Assembly: GCA_964019335.1 (NCBI GenBank)
Contig: OZ025656.1
Coordinates: 558,001 to 622,000, forward strand
DNA length: 64,000 bases
Source: Diplonema japonicum
Lineage: Eukaryota > Protista > Euglenozoa: Diplonemea
Reading direction: 5' to 3'
Part shown: piece by piece, positions 44,084 through 55,400 of the stretch
Numbering within the stretch: position 1 is the first letter of the stretch
Layout of the letters: every line of letters starts with the position of its first letter
Program-made: the position numbers and the translations under genes
Notes under the pieces: model-generated
What the model saw: only the letters and a program-made list of their open reading frames with translations
Database searches by the model: none
What the model was told of the DNA's origin: nothing

Positions 44084-45757
44084 ATGGACGGCAGTGAGAA
44101 TGAATACAGCAGCAGCAGTCGCAGTGCGTACGATAGCGAGTACGCAGAGAGTGAAGCTGGGGGTGGCACGGGACCTGATGCATCGGAAGAGTCAAGAGAG
44201 TCGTATTCGGACAGGTCTTCTGAGGCGAGTGCAGATGTAGAGGGTCCGGTGGATGTTGAGGGTCTAGAGAATGTGGACGTGAAGAGTCCAGAGAGTCCTA
44301 AGGAGATAAAGAGTCCAGAGACTCCAAAGGACGTAGAGAGGGCGGGTCCAGAGGATGTGGCGAGCCCAGAGAATATGGGGAGTGTACAGCAGCCAGCTTC
44401 ACCCGCACCTTCCACACCATCGGCTGCAGAGGAGCAGGTATTTTCGAGTAGAACGAGTGAGGCACCAGTTTCAGAATGCACACCACGAGAGTCTGTGAAC
44501 ATCTGTGCGGAGCTGGCTAGCACCGAGCCAAATGTTGACACACAGATAGAAAGCGAAAGTGCGGCAGAAATAGAGCAACCTGCTGAAACAAATGAACGGT
44601 CACCACCACTATCAGAGCCGCACACGCCACCTGATGCAGCGGAACGCGAGACTGCCGCTGATGACCCAACCTGTACGCTCAGCACACTTAACCTTTCTGC
44701 GGAGCTGCCAACTGCAACCGAGCTGGCTAGCCCCCCCTTGGATCGCGACTTGATCCCAAAGACAACTATGGAACGAAAGAGAAGGGTGGACGCACAGCTG
44801 CGGCGCATCTTCGCAGCGGAGACGCCCCTCAAGACTGGTCCTATCAGAGTGTGGAAAAAGGAGGCCAAACTACTGAGCAAAGTGAATGAACAAGCCAAGG
44901 TGACAGTTTCCAAGATGCAGAAACTGTCCATGCAGCGAAGCTCGGAGCGAGCAGTCGTGAGAAACAAACCGCGTTCTGAAAGCACAGCAGGTTACAACAA
45001 GCTGCTTACGTCGCTCGATGCAGGGTATAAGCTGCGGAAGAAAGAGGCGCTCGTCAAGCCGTACATCGTAGAGGCGAAGCAGAAGAAACACATAACGTCT
45101 GCTGTGTTCGGGCACAGCGATAGACACCCTCTGCAGTGGCCCAACATGACAAGCGAGTCGCCTGGACCCATCTACAACGTGCAGATGCCGTGGTCTTCGG
45201 ATGTTGTCAAGCAGTACCCGCGACACGCGCCGTTGAAAAACATGCCGCACAACATGCCGGGACCAGGGGAGTATCAGGTCCAGAAGGCGGACAGATTGGT
45301 GAGATCAAAACCAGTACATGGCGTGTTCATGGGAAGCGAGAAGATCGGAGAAAGAGGAACAGAGAGGCGGACCGCAGGGACACATCTAGGGTGGTGCTAC
45401 CCACCGCTGAAGAAGATACATGCCAGGGAGAGCAAGTCGCAGAATCTGAAGAAATTCGCAGACAAGCTGTCGTTAGTGACAAATAAGAACTTCGATGCCG
45501 GGGTACGGTACGGCGACGTGTACTGCGAGTACCCTCATGCTGCAGAGCTGCTTCCGCAGGACGAGAAGCTTCTTAAGTCTTGGGAAGTGAAATGCACTGG
45601 TGGCGATGGCGTGATTCCAAGCCACTTCCCTGACCACAACATAGCCCTGCCCCGCTCCGCTTTGGGGCAAGATGAGTCGCTTCTCTTCAAGTCGCTCCCG
45701 GGACATGGCACGTCGTTCAGAACCCCCGAGCTCAAACCGCTGCAACGCGACGCGTGA
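44084..45757 (+). CDS. Acidic S/E/P-rich protein with PGP-Y (SHIPPO-like) motifs
   Basis: 557-aa ORF with short KSPE repeats, SPGPIYN and MPGPGEY. Confidence 0.7.
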   Translation: MDGSENEYSSSSRSAYDSEYAESEAGGGTGPDASEESRESYSDRSSEASADVEGPVDVEGLENVDVKSPESPKEIKSPETPKDVERAGPEDVASPENMGSVQQPASPAPSTPSAAEEQVFSSRTSEAPVSECTPRESVNICAELASTEPNVDTQIESESAAEIEQPAETNERSPPLSEPHTPPDAAERETAADDPTCTLSTLNLSAELPTATELASPPLDRDLIPKTTMERKRRVDAQLRRIFAAETPLKTGPIRVWKKEAKLLSKVNEQAKVTVSKMQKLSMQRSSERAVVRNKPRSESTAGYNKLLTSLDAGYKLRKKEALVKPYIVEAKQKKHITSAVFGHSDRHPLQWPNMTSESPGPIYNVQMPWSSDVVKQYPRHAPLKNMPHNMPGPGEYQVQKADRLVRSKPVHGVFMGSEKIGERGTERRTAGTHLGWCYPPLKKIHARESKSQNLKKFADKLSLVTNKNFDAGVRYGDVYCEYPHAAELLPQDEKLLKSWEVKCTGGDGVIPSHFPDHNIALPRSALGQDESLLFKSLPGHGTSFRTPELKPLQRDA

Positions 45758-45849
45758 ACCGAAACATTTACACTTAGTCTTCTCTTTTTTTTTCGTTACG
45801 TACCCCCCTCCCCCCCCCTCCCTAATTGTAGCCCCTATAAAGGCTGGGA

Positions 45850-47088
45850 ATGGCGTTGGGGCGTTGCCCCGTCACGGGTTTAGATTATGTGAAGGTGCCC
45901 AGTTTGTTATCCAGCCTTGCATCACCCAACCTGCTGTTCATACACCACATACGAAAGGTGAGCATCACAACAGGGAAGCCCGACAACCGTGTGGTTATTG
46001 TCTCCTTCCAACGGCTCATCGTTGCACAGCACGATGGAAACATCAAACGCGTGATCCTCATGAGGGAGGTCGCGAAGCTTTACTGGAAGAGGGTACGGGT
46101 CAACGCCGAGGGGTGCACTATACAGGTACTCCTCATCATACCCAACGATAAGGATTTATTATTCGTGGTGCACAAATGTAGTTCGGAGGACAACCCAGAG
46201 AACATTGGGAAGACCTTCGTAGATGTGATCGAGACGGTGAGACAAGCACAGATGCAAGAAGATGGTGATCAGCAAGATATTTGTTGGAACGGGGCAGAGG
46301 AAGTAGACGCAAAGGAGCAGATTAAAGAGAAAGCGGCTGTGCCGTACAAGAAAGTATTGAAGTCAGACAGCAGCGGGAGCCCGTTGGCCAAGACAAAGAG
46401 TTCTATGGGCTTCAGAAGCAGGGTCAACACACCTGCATCTGACGCCGTGTCGTTTTCAGTAGCCTCTGGGTTCTGTTCTCCACGGTCGTCTCACTCCACC
46501 TCTTCACACAGTTCTGCGCCTTCTCGAACGCAGGCAAACCATACTAAATCATTACCCCCACCTGTTGTGGATGATATTCCACCTCCCCCTGCAGCACGCG
46601 TATCTGTTATGTTGACCAGTAGAAAGTTTCCGCCTGAAACGGTGACTCATGAACACTGCGAATCACCCGAGAAGGAACCCGAAGAGACACCTCCTCCTTC
46701 CCCTAACCCTGTTTCCGAACGAATCCAAATGTTGTTAGATCAGCATTTACTTGAAAGGAGCTCCCTTTCCAGATTGGAACAGATCGAATGGGAAACCGTG
46801 CAGGCTCACGCTGCGTACGACACTGTTGCCATTCGAAGAACATTGACCCCAAAGCAAGCATTCGCCGCCACGCTGCGAGAGGTCGGCTTCACCGACATCA
46901 AAATAGAGGTGCTGACCACTCTCGGTGTCAGGTCACCATCCCACCTCAGTTCCGTCACTTTAATCGAACTCAATGAATGTCTTACCCCGCAAGACGCAAG
47001 CCTTCTGTTAAGCACTTTTAACCACCGTGCTGGCCGTTCTCCTTCAGACTTGTGCAAACCTTTCAAAACACTTGAGAGGAGGGCCTAA
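45850..47088 (+). CDS. Protein with an N-terminal PH-like domain, a Pro/Ser linker and a possible C-terminal SAM-like domain
   Basis: IRKVS...GKPDNRVVIVS...L.V....GNIKRVI pattern. The C-terminal LREVGF.....L..LGV.S...L..V.L.EL resembles a SAM domain. Confidence 0.65.
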   Translation: MALGRCPVTGLDYVKVPSLLSSLASPNLLFIHHIRKVSITTGKPDNRVVIVSFQRLIVAQHDGNIKRVILMREVAKLYWKRVRVNAEGCTIQVLLIIPNDKDLLFVVHKCSSEDNPENIGKTFVDVIETVRQAQMQEDGDQQDICWNGAEEVDAKEQIKEKAAVPYKKVLKSDSSGSPLAKTKSSMGFRSRVNTPASDAVSFSVASGFCSPRSSHSTSSHSSAPSRTQANHTKSLPPPVVDDIPPPPAARVSVMLTSRKFPPETVTHEHCESPEKEPEETPPPSPNPVSERIQMLLDQHLLERSSLSRLEQIEWETVQAHAAYDTVAIRRTLTPKQAFAATLREVGFTDIKIEVLTTLGVRSPSHLSSVTLIELNECLTPQDASLLLSTFNHRAGRSPSDLCKPFKTLERRA

Positions 47089-47288
47089 ACCGTTTACACT
47101 ATGGACCTGAAAGCCCCTCCGTGGAGTTGTGAATCCATTTCATATCCTTGCGGAGCTTGTCAGGTGTTGCCTTCGTCTCCCGTGCGTGTGCTCTAGTAAG
47201 TTGTTGTTTTATTGATTTCTTTAATGTTGTTAGATGATGCTCTCGTAACGTCTCAAAGACACACTTTACACATTCTTTGCATGTTGAG

Positions 47289-49843
47289 ATGGACAACTCT
47301 GACGTGACGCGTAGGAGCTCTGTATTCACAGGGCAGGAAGGGCAGGAGTTCAGGGAGGCGACCAAGTTAACAATCACAGTTCTGAAAGAAGTTTGTGATG
47401 GTGCTGACATTTCTGACAGTGAGGAGAAGCTGAGAGAGTGCGGCGTGTTGGACGGTGACACAGGGTTAATGGATCACGTGTGCTCGGTGCTGGAAGATAC
47501 AAGCTCAAAGCTGCAAGAGAGTGAGTCTAACCTTCTTCGGGCGGCAGAGTACGGGACATTCCTTGTCGAGGAACATCGTCGGGACAAGGAGGGACTTGAT
47601 AAGGAAGTCGAGAACCTCCGTGTGACAAACGCAAAACTTCTTGAGGAAAGGGACGCGCTCAGCTCAGAGATCGTGCTGTGGAAGGGGTGGGACGTGAAGG
47701 AGTATAACAACGAGATCTGCAGCGACGAGCAGTCCGACCTCAGCGACCGTGAGCGCGACATGCTGCGCATCAAAAACCAGCTGCAGAACGAGGTGAACAA
47801 GCTGCACAAGAAGAACATGAGCCTCGAAGTCGAGAAGAACGCACTCATGAGTGAGATCGGGCCCATGCGCGAGGAGAACGCACGGGTGCTCAGCGAGATG
47901 CAGACGATCGACGGAGTCAATAAGCGACTGGGCAAAGAGGTCAGCTTCGTCAGAAAGCGTGAGATCGAAACAAGGAACTGGGAAGAAGCGCAAGCAAAGT
48001 CACCCGTGTCGCCCTCGTCACCAGTGGATGTGGCTACAGACTTGTTCGACGTGAACGTAAGCGATCATATGGTGCTGGAGTCCTTCTTAGAGACACCTGT
48101 GACAGGATCTGGTCTGAGCCTGCGTTCTGTATCCCGGTCATTGGTGCAAGGGCGTGGTGCTAGTTGCGAAGAAGACGAAGGTGAAGCACCCCCGCAGATG
48201 CGCAGCCGCGACATGCTAAGGATACGACAGCTGCAAGCCGATATCGATGACTGGCAGCAGAAGCTGCAGGAGACCCAGATGGAGTGCGACGACCAGAAAG
48301 ATGCGGTGCGTGCCATCATTGACAAGACACGCCGCACGATGCAGCATACAGCACGTGATATATCCGGCTTGCGTGAGGAGGTAGTGCAGTTGAAGGGTGC
48401 CATGGATAACTCAATACTAGCACCTTTGATATACAGCCACTTGGCCCTCCAAGAGTATTCGATCTTGGGGGAGAGCGAGCTTTCATCAATACGTGAGGTG
48501 TACATGTGCAACCAGCAAACTAGTGAGTTGCTTGTGTCGAGAAGCAGCGCCGTGTGTTCGTCAACTGTAGTTCCTGAGGTTGTCACCGAAGTGGCACACA
48601 CGCAGTATGGCAGCACGGATACCATTAGCAGTAACAGTATTACTTACAAAAGCTCAACCAGCATGCACGATGAGGTTGAGGAGAGCATCCATGTTGAAGC
48701 AAAAACGCGAGGTTTGACTGCACTGCACATCAGCGAAGAGCTCAGCACGAGGGACAGGCAGATAGAGGAATTGAAGTGCAGGCTAGAGTCTGCAAGCTCC
48801 GAAGAGGTAGAAGTGCTGCGAGATGAGAATGCACGCCTCGTGTCGCTGCTGGCTAAAAGTGCAGCAGAGACGGTCAGCGTAATGAACGCCGCGAAGGAAG
48901 GCGCATCGTACAAAGAAACAGTCACAAGGCAGCTGAATGCTGCAGAGCTCGAATGCTCCGTGCTGAAGCAGGAAGTGGCAATGCTGAACATGTCAATAAC
49001 CTCTACTGAGGGCAGAGGGGAGTGCGGCCACTCCGAACTGCGGGAGCAGGTGGAGAAGCAAGCCGCAGAACTGCGAATGAGGAACGCAGAATTTAAAAGC
49101 CTCCTGCTAGAACACAAGCAGCTTTCGGTATGTGAAGCCGTGTAACCGCCACACACACACCCACGCAGGATGCAAGAGGGCATGAATTGGGCAACGAGAA
49201 GTATAAGCTCATTGAAGCAAATCGGAAAGTGCAGCTCTTAGAGGCTACAATCCACAGGCTTTCGGAAGAAGCTTTGAACCAGAAAGAGGAGAGGGAGATC
49301 TTGAAGCGCAGCCGTGGGAACCTGCTGGTCAAGGTACAGTCCACCGAAAACGAGCTGTTAACCCTGCGGTCACAGCGAACGGCTGCTAGTGAAGTGGTTA
49401 GCACCGCTGAAAGTGAAAAAGCAGCCAGTAGCACGATGCTGGATATCTTGGACAAGTATAGGGGGACCAGCAGGAGGGGAACACAACAGTTGCAGTTAAG
49501 AACATTCAGCCCAAAAGCCAAGTCACCCAAGTCATGCATCAGCAGGAAGGAGAGGGAAGTGCCCTTGAAGAAGATGGCCACATCGTCTGAGAGCACGAAG
49601 GCCATGGGAGGCGACCTGAGTCAGTACGAACTCGATATCATCAACGGAGTGAATATGAGTGGAACGAAGCACGCAAGCACTATGCCATCCTACCAGCCCG
49701 AAAGGAAGACTCGGTCAGTTCACTACAACACTCAGACGTGCTTCCCACCGCAGTCCATACCCCCATCAGGGCACGCAACAGCGAAACAGCCGCTCCATGC
49801 AATAGTACAGAAGATTGCCGCCGACGTAGGAAAAGCGCTTTAA
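47289..49843 (+). CDS. Long coiled-coil protein with an N-terminal AAxxG (CC1-box-like) motif
   Basis: ORFs 47277 and 49187 are joined in frame by intron 49128-49168 (GTATGT...ACGCAG). Confidence 0.75.
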
Positions 49844-50113
49844 TATGAATAACAAGGGATGTCCGGGGGAGGGGAGGGGAAGCTTCCGGTTTTCCGGGAT
49901 TCCTTCCGGACATATTTCCAAACACTTAACACATGCTGGTTTCCCCTGTGCCAAGGAGCTTTAAGGAATTTTTTTGTGTTTTTGTTTTGCAGTATTTTTT
50001 CAAAGCAAAAATACACCCATTTTTTCACGCTACCTCTTATGACGTGGCCACACGATGTACTCTAATAAATGTTCAGTTTAATTTACTGCAAGCATTGGCA
50101 AACAGGAGCAAAA

Positions 50114-52245
50114 ATGGGTAAAAAAAGGGGTGCCGCGAAGCAGCCAGATGTGAGGGGGAACGCGACCGTGTCTGTCACACAGCAAAACGAGGCGCTGCTC
50201 GGTTCGTGGGCCGCGAGGGAGATACAAAATAAGTTGCAGTGTTCGCCGGAAGAAGCGCAGCACTGCGCCGCTATGATTATGTCGATGGACACCAAGCAGC
50301 TGAGGGAGTGGTGCTCGAATCTGCTTGGGGATCTTGAGAAAAGGATGGATGATGACAGGAAGTTCTACAACCTATTCCTCGACAAGAAGGAGGACCTAGG
50401 ACTGCTCGGGGGGAACACACAGCAAGCCGACGACGCTGCAAGCGAATGCGGGTCTGTCGCAACAACCGCAACCACAGCAACCACAGCAACTTCAAAAGGC
50501 AAGGCACGAAAATTCAAGCAGGTAGACCTCACCAAGATGAAAGAAGGCCATGACGCTCTACTCCCAATGATGAAAGAGTGCGGATGCGAGGCTACGCGCC
50601 ACAAGCTGCTCACGAACTGCCAGCTGTGTGGAAAGATCGTATGCGAGCAGGAGGGGTGGGGCAGGTGTTTCTTCTGCGGTTCTGAAATATCCAAAGAAAG
50701 CAAGCCCATCAAAGGAAAGAACGACACAGACGGTATGCCACCATCACCACATCAACACAAGACAGACAAGCAGTACCTTTCCCGTGAGCGGGACTTCTTG
50801 AAAGCCGTGGCGCAGCGTGACAAGCTTATCCAGTACCAAGATGACCGCCAGAAGCGAACCACCATTGTCGACGATCAGGAGGACTACTACGAGAGCAGCA
50901 ACCCGTGGCTGGACGCTAAGGAACGAAAGAAGGCTCAGGAGAACGAGCGGAAAGATCGTGAGGCAAGGCAAGCACGCCACAAACGCGGCGGGGCATACAC
51001 CGTACACATCGACCTGGTGAACAGGAACGTCACGGAGGGCCTCTCAGCATCGCAGCAAGCCGTTCAGTACGAAGCGCCTATCGAAAAAAGAGCGAGGGAA
51101 GAGAAAGAACGGATGGAGCAAGGAAAGGAGGAAGAGGAAGAGACCAATGTGCACGCGGCAACAACGCTGTACACGGCAGGGCCTACGACAGTGGTGGAGG
51201 AGGAGTCCGACGAGGACGAGGAGGGGAACAGACTCAAGACGATGAGAATTATGCGATGCCCTGATACGAAGACTATGCAGTTCGACAGCAGCGCGATCCT
51301 AGCAGGGTGGGTGCGGGGGAAGCTCGTGAGCTACGGCTTCAGCGAGGAAGAAGCTGAGAAGCAAGGCACGTTCGTGAAGAAGATGACGAACATGGGCGCA
51401 GTGCGGGGCTGGGCAAAGGACAACCTCGACGCAGATGTCATACCATCGTTCGTTGAGGAGTTTCAGTCCGAAACCCGCAGGCTGGAGTTGGTGGGACCGA
51501 AGTCGAAACGCGGGGCGGCTGATGAAGAGAAGCGCGACATCCGAAGGGAAGCCGTGAAGGGCAGCGGGCGGATCCAGTCGGACTGGGAAGAGGTCGACGA
51601 TGCATACAAAGCACCTGTTCAAAAGATAGTCTCGAGCATCAAGAAGAAGAAGCCATGGGTGTATGTGAACTCGGGCCAAGCAGTACAGTTGGACAAGGTG
51701 TACGAAGTGAGTGAAAGCAAAATGTGCATGAGCATGCATCAGCCATGGGCGTCGCTGTTGGTCTGCGGGATCAAGAAACACGAGGGGAGGACGTGGCCCA
51801 CGGACTTCAGAGGTAGGCTTTGGATCCATGCTGCTTCGCATCAGCCCAGCGAACAGGATATCGAAGACTGTGAAGCTTTCTACGCAGAGCGAGGAGCCAC
51901 CACCTTCCCTACCCACTACCCCACCTCCGTCTTGCTCGGTTGCGTCACCGTTACCGACTGCCTTCATTACGAAGAATACGAGAAGAAAATCCCCGAACCC
52001 GAACAGGAGTCATCCTCAGAACATGTCTTCATCTGCAAGAACCCCCAGCTCTTGGTATGGGAATCAGATGTTCTTCTTAACAAATAACGTATAATATACA
52101 TAGGTCTTGCCCCTTCCCATGGACGGGAAGCACAAAATATTCAGCATCGAGAAGAACATCCATGAGGTATGTTGGAAGGAAAAGAAAAATAAATGTTATT
52201 CATTCACAGGCGGTCAAGAGACAGGCTGGGCGTAAAGGAGTCTGA
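50114..52245 (+). CDS. TRIP4: Activating signal cointegrator 1 (C2HC5 zinc finger + ASCH domain)
   Basis: CGCEATRH.LLTNC..CGKIVCEQEG.G.CFFCG, and the ASCH motif CMSMHQPWASLLVCGIKKHEGRTW...RGRLWIHA. Introns 50733-50765, 52055-52103 and 52167-52209. Confidence 0.93.
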
Positions 52246-52456
52246 TTGAAATACATTAAAAGAAAATGGAAAACACGGGGGAAGAAACCTCCCGGGGATA
52301 TCTGGAGACTAATTTCTAACTAAGCCCGTCTGCTATTTTATACCTCGGGGAGGGGGGGGGGGGGCTTTTATTTACGTTCATTCGACAGTGGTATTCCTAT
52401 TGCAACAAACAAGAAAATACTCATATTCAACAACATAACAAGGAAGGTAAAGGAGA

Positions 52457-55400
52457 ATGGAGAAAGGAAAAGAAGAAGCAGAAGACGTTGCAGTATGGAG
52501 GGCGAAGGGGTGCGGGATGAAGGACATCGAGGAGCTCATGGAAATGATACGAACACAGGAGGCAGGAGGGAAGGACTGCGTGGGCTTGAAGAAAGTGCTG
52601 ATGCTGATGTTGAGGGGAAACTGCAGGGGGGAAAGTCAGGACGTGTGCAAGAATGTGATGCAGTTGATCGATGTGTTGGAGGAGGTGACAGAGAGGGGGT
52701 ACAACGCGCTAGTGTCAGAAGACATGATGAGCATTGTGCCCGCCATGCACCACTGTGCTTCTGTGCGTGCTGACGAGGCGGCAGCCGTCAAAAGCAGGTG
52801 CCTTGAGATATTATCACGCACGTCCTCATCCTCGCTTGCCATCACATCTGCTACAGACATCACCAGCGCCGTCTCTATGGTGTGGGACACGTTCGACTCC
52901 TGCTGGGACTTCATTCCCAGCAGTGTGCTCAAGAATGGACTTCTCATTGTAAAGGCGCTGCATGACAAGATACGCTTCTCGGCCATCCCCGAGTCCGTAG
53001 CAGGAAGTTACTTCAAGATCCTCTGCATGGGTACTACGCTTCCCAACATCCCGCTGCCCATGCACACCCCTGAGACCTCGCTCTCGCCACCGTCCACGCT
53101 CGACGAGCCTTCCCTGTCAGCACCAACCGCCCCAGTTGTCCTCACCTTTCCGCTCTCCTCTGCGGCCCTTTTCTGCCGCGAGGCCCTCCTCACACACATG
53201 AAGCACGACCTGTACTACTCGTTGTTCCACCTCCGCGTGTTCCTCCAGACACACGCTAGCTCATCGCCCTTCCAACGCCTTGAGCCCTCTGCGACTGTGA
53301 TGCTCAGCAAGGACGTCTCTATTTTGAGGGGTTCTATTACCGCACTGAAATACTTCATTTTCCCGTGCAAGGACAGGAAAGAGGGCGGGCTATCCACCAA
53401 AGAGCTGTTGGTGGTGCTGACTGCGCTGCGGTACTGCATCGCGACGCTTGACAGCTGCGTGGCATGCGACGTTGTGCTGTTTATCAAGAGATTGCTGGAC
53501 AGTGAGGTGGCTGCACACTTAGAGACGCAGTGGCACATTGTGCTGGACATCATCAGCGACCTTATGCAGTTCTATAAGAAGGAACAACCCGAGTGGCTGA
53601 AGGAGATCCTGTGCAGCTGCCTCATGAAGGTGCTCTCTTTGAAGGACCGCATCGAGCTGGACATGGACAGGGCGCGTGCTTTGCAGCTTATCGACGCCTT
53701 TGCCACAAGTTTCGAAGGCAAGGACAGTTTGGTCGTGAGCAATGCCGTCATCCAGCACAGCCTAGCCTCTGGGAATCTAAAGATGTTGTCCGGCATGCTG
53801 AACAAGTACTTCGTGAGCGACAGGTTCCCAGCGGGCGTCAGGAACGACTGCTTCCGCTTGTTCCGCAACTCAAACCCGCACAGCCAGCCCGGCTACCTTG
53901 AGAGCCTCTTCAAGTTGATTTGCAAGGACGGCACCACCTTCGCAGGCTGGGACGCTGCTATCGGGTGTGATGTCATCACCTATCTTGTGGAGCTTGTCTG
54001 CAACCTAGAGAGCACCTCGCTGCAACCCTCAACGTGGACAGAATTGGTGAGAATATGCAAAGATATCGTGATGCAGTCCACAGACACGAGCGAGGACCCC
54101 CTCAACGAGAAGAGGTGGGACATCTGCGCTGCCATCGTGCGTTCAGCCACCAGCAGGTTGTCGACCTCTGCTAGCTACTGTGTTGAGCTGTGGAATGCGC
54201 TTCTTGCTCTCTTGCACCACAGAAAGCCAAAAGTCCGTCTCAGTTCTCTCGACTATTTTCTGAGTCTCTCTTGCAACGAGGACTTTGAAGTAACAGAAGG
54301 CACTCACCGCACAGAGATCGCTTTCGTGCAGGCGGTGAGCAGGGAGCCCTCGATGTCGATAGAAGCCGAATTCCCAGCGTCGCAGCTCCTAGACTCCCTC
54401 TGTACCAGGCTTCCCCACGACCACGATTGCTTCCAGCGTATTCTGAAGCTTGTGAGGCACTTGCTCACCAACAACTATTTCGTCGTAGGTAACATCGCCA
54501 AAAGCCAAGCACCTCTTCTCCGCCTTGCCTCCGTTATGCAGACGCTCCTTACAGAGGAAGGTTTAGCTCCATTGTCCAAGTCAGGGTTTGGTGCTCCTCT
54601 TCAGGATATTGCATCGACCTTGGTCGCCATGATGCCTTATGTGCATGTCGTGGGGAAGGACGAGATGAAGGTCAACCTGACCAAGGCACTGGCCAGTATC
54701 CTTAAGAAGCTCCTTGAGGCCCAAACGTTGGTCCCTTCGGGTGCTAATAACTTGTTGCCTGCTATTTGTGATTTGTTTGGTAGTATCCACGTGGCTCTTT
54801 TTCAGTTTTGGACTGCGGATGACCTTGAAGGCTCTTCTAAGCTTCAGGAGGCCACCGTGGCTGTCGTGAAGGCTGTGGGGTGTGCTGTGGTCAAGGCACT
54901 AGCTGTTACGGAAAACATGAGAACTGGGACCTCAAGCAAGGAGCCCTCTTTGTCCATCTCGCGGCACAGCTCGTCTACGCTGCTGGAGCCTGTCACTGTG
55001 CATAACGCATCGCATCCACCATCGCCAGCCGCCGCAAGGGAACCCGCCTCCCCGAACAACGTGCATGATCCTGCCGCGCCTGCGAACGCCCCTGCTCAAG
55101 TGCCCGGCACCCCCCCCCCTGCGTCGAACCAAGAGCCGGAAGACTACGTGGCAATCCATAGCAAGCAGTACATCGTGAGCCTTCTCTCCCTCATCCATTC
55201 CATCACCACGTCGCCCCTCGTCGATGACGGCATGCCGTGCAAGGTGCCTGTCAAGGTGCTGCATGGCTTCACAGAAGACATCTTCAAACTCCTCCTCGAG
55301 GTCACTGACACACTGAAGTTCAACCACCGCATCCATTTCTTAGCACATTTGGTAGTTGCTGAGATGCTGCAGCAGAACAAGCGTGGCATGCTACCGGAGC

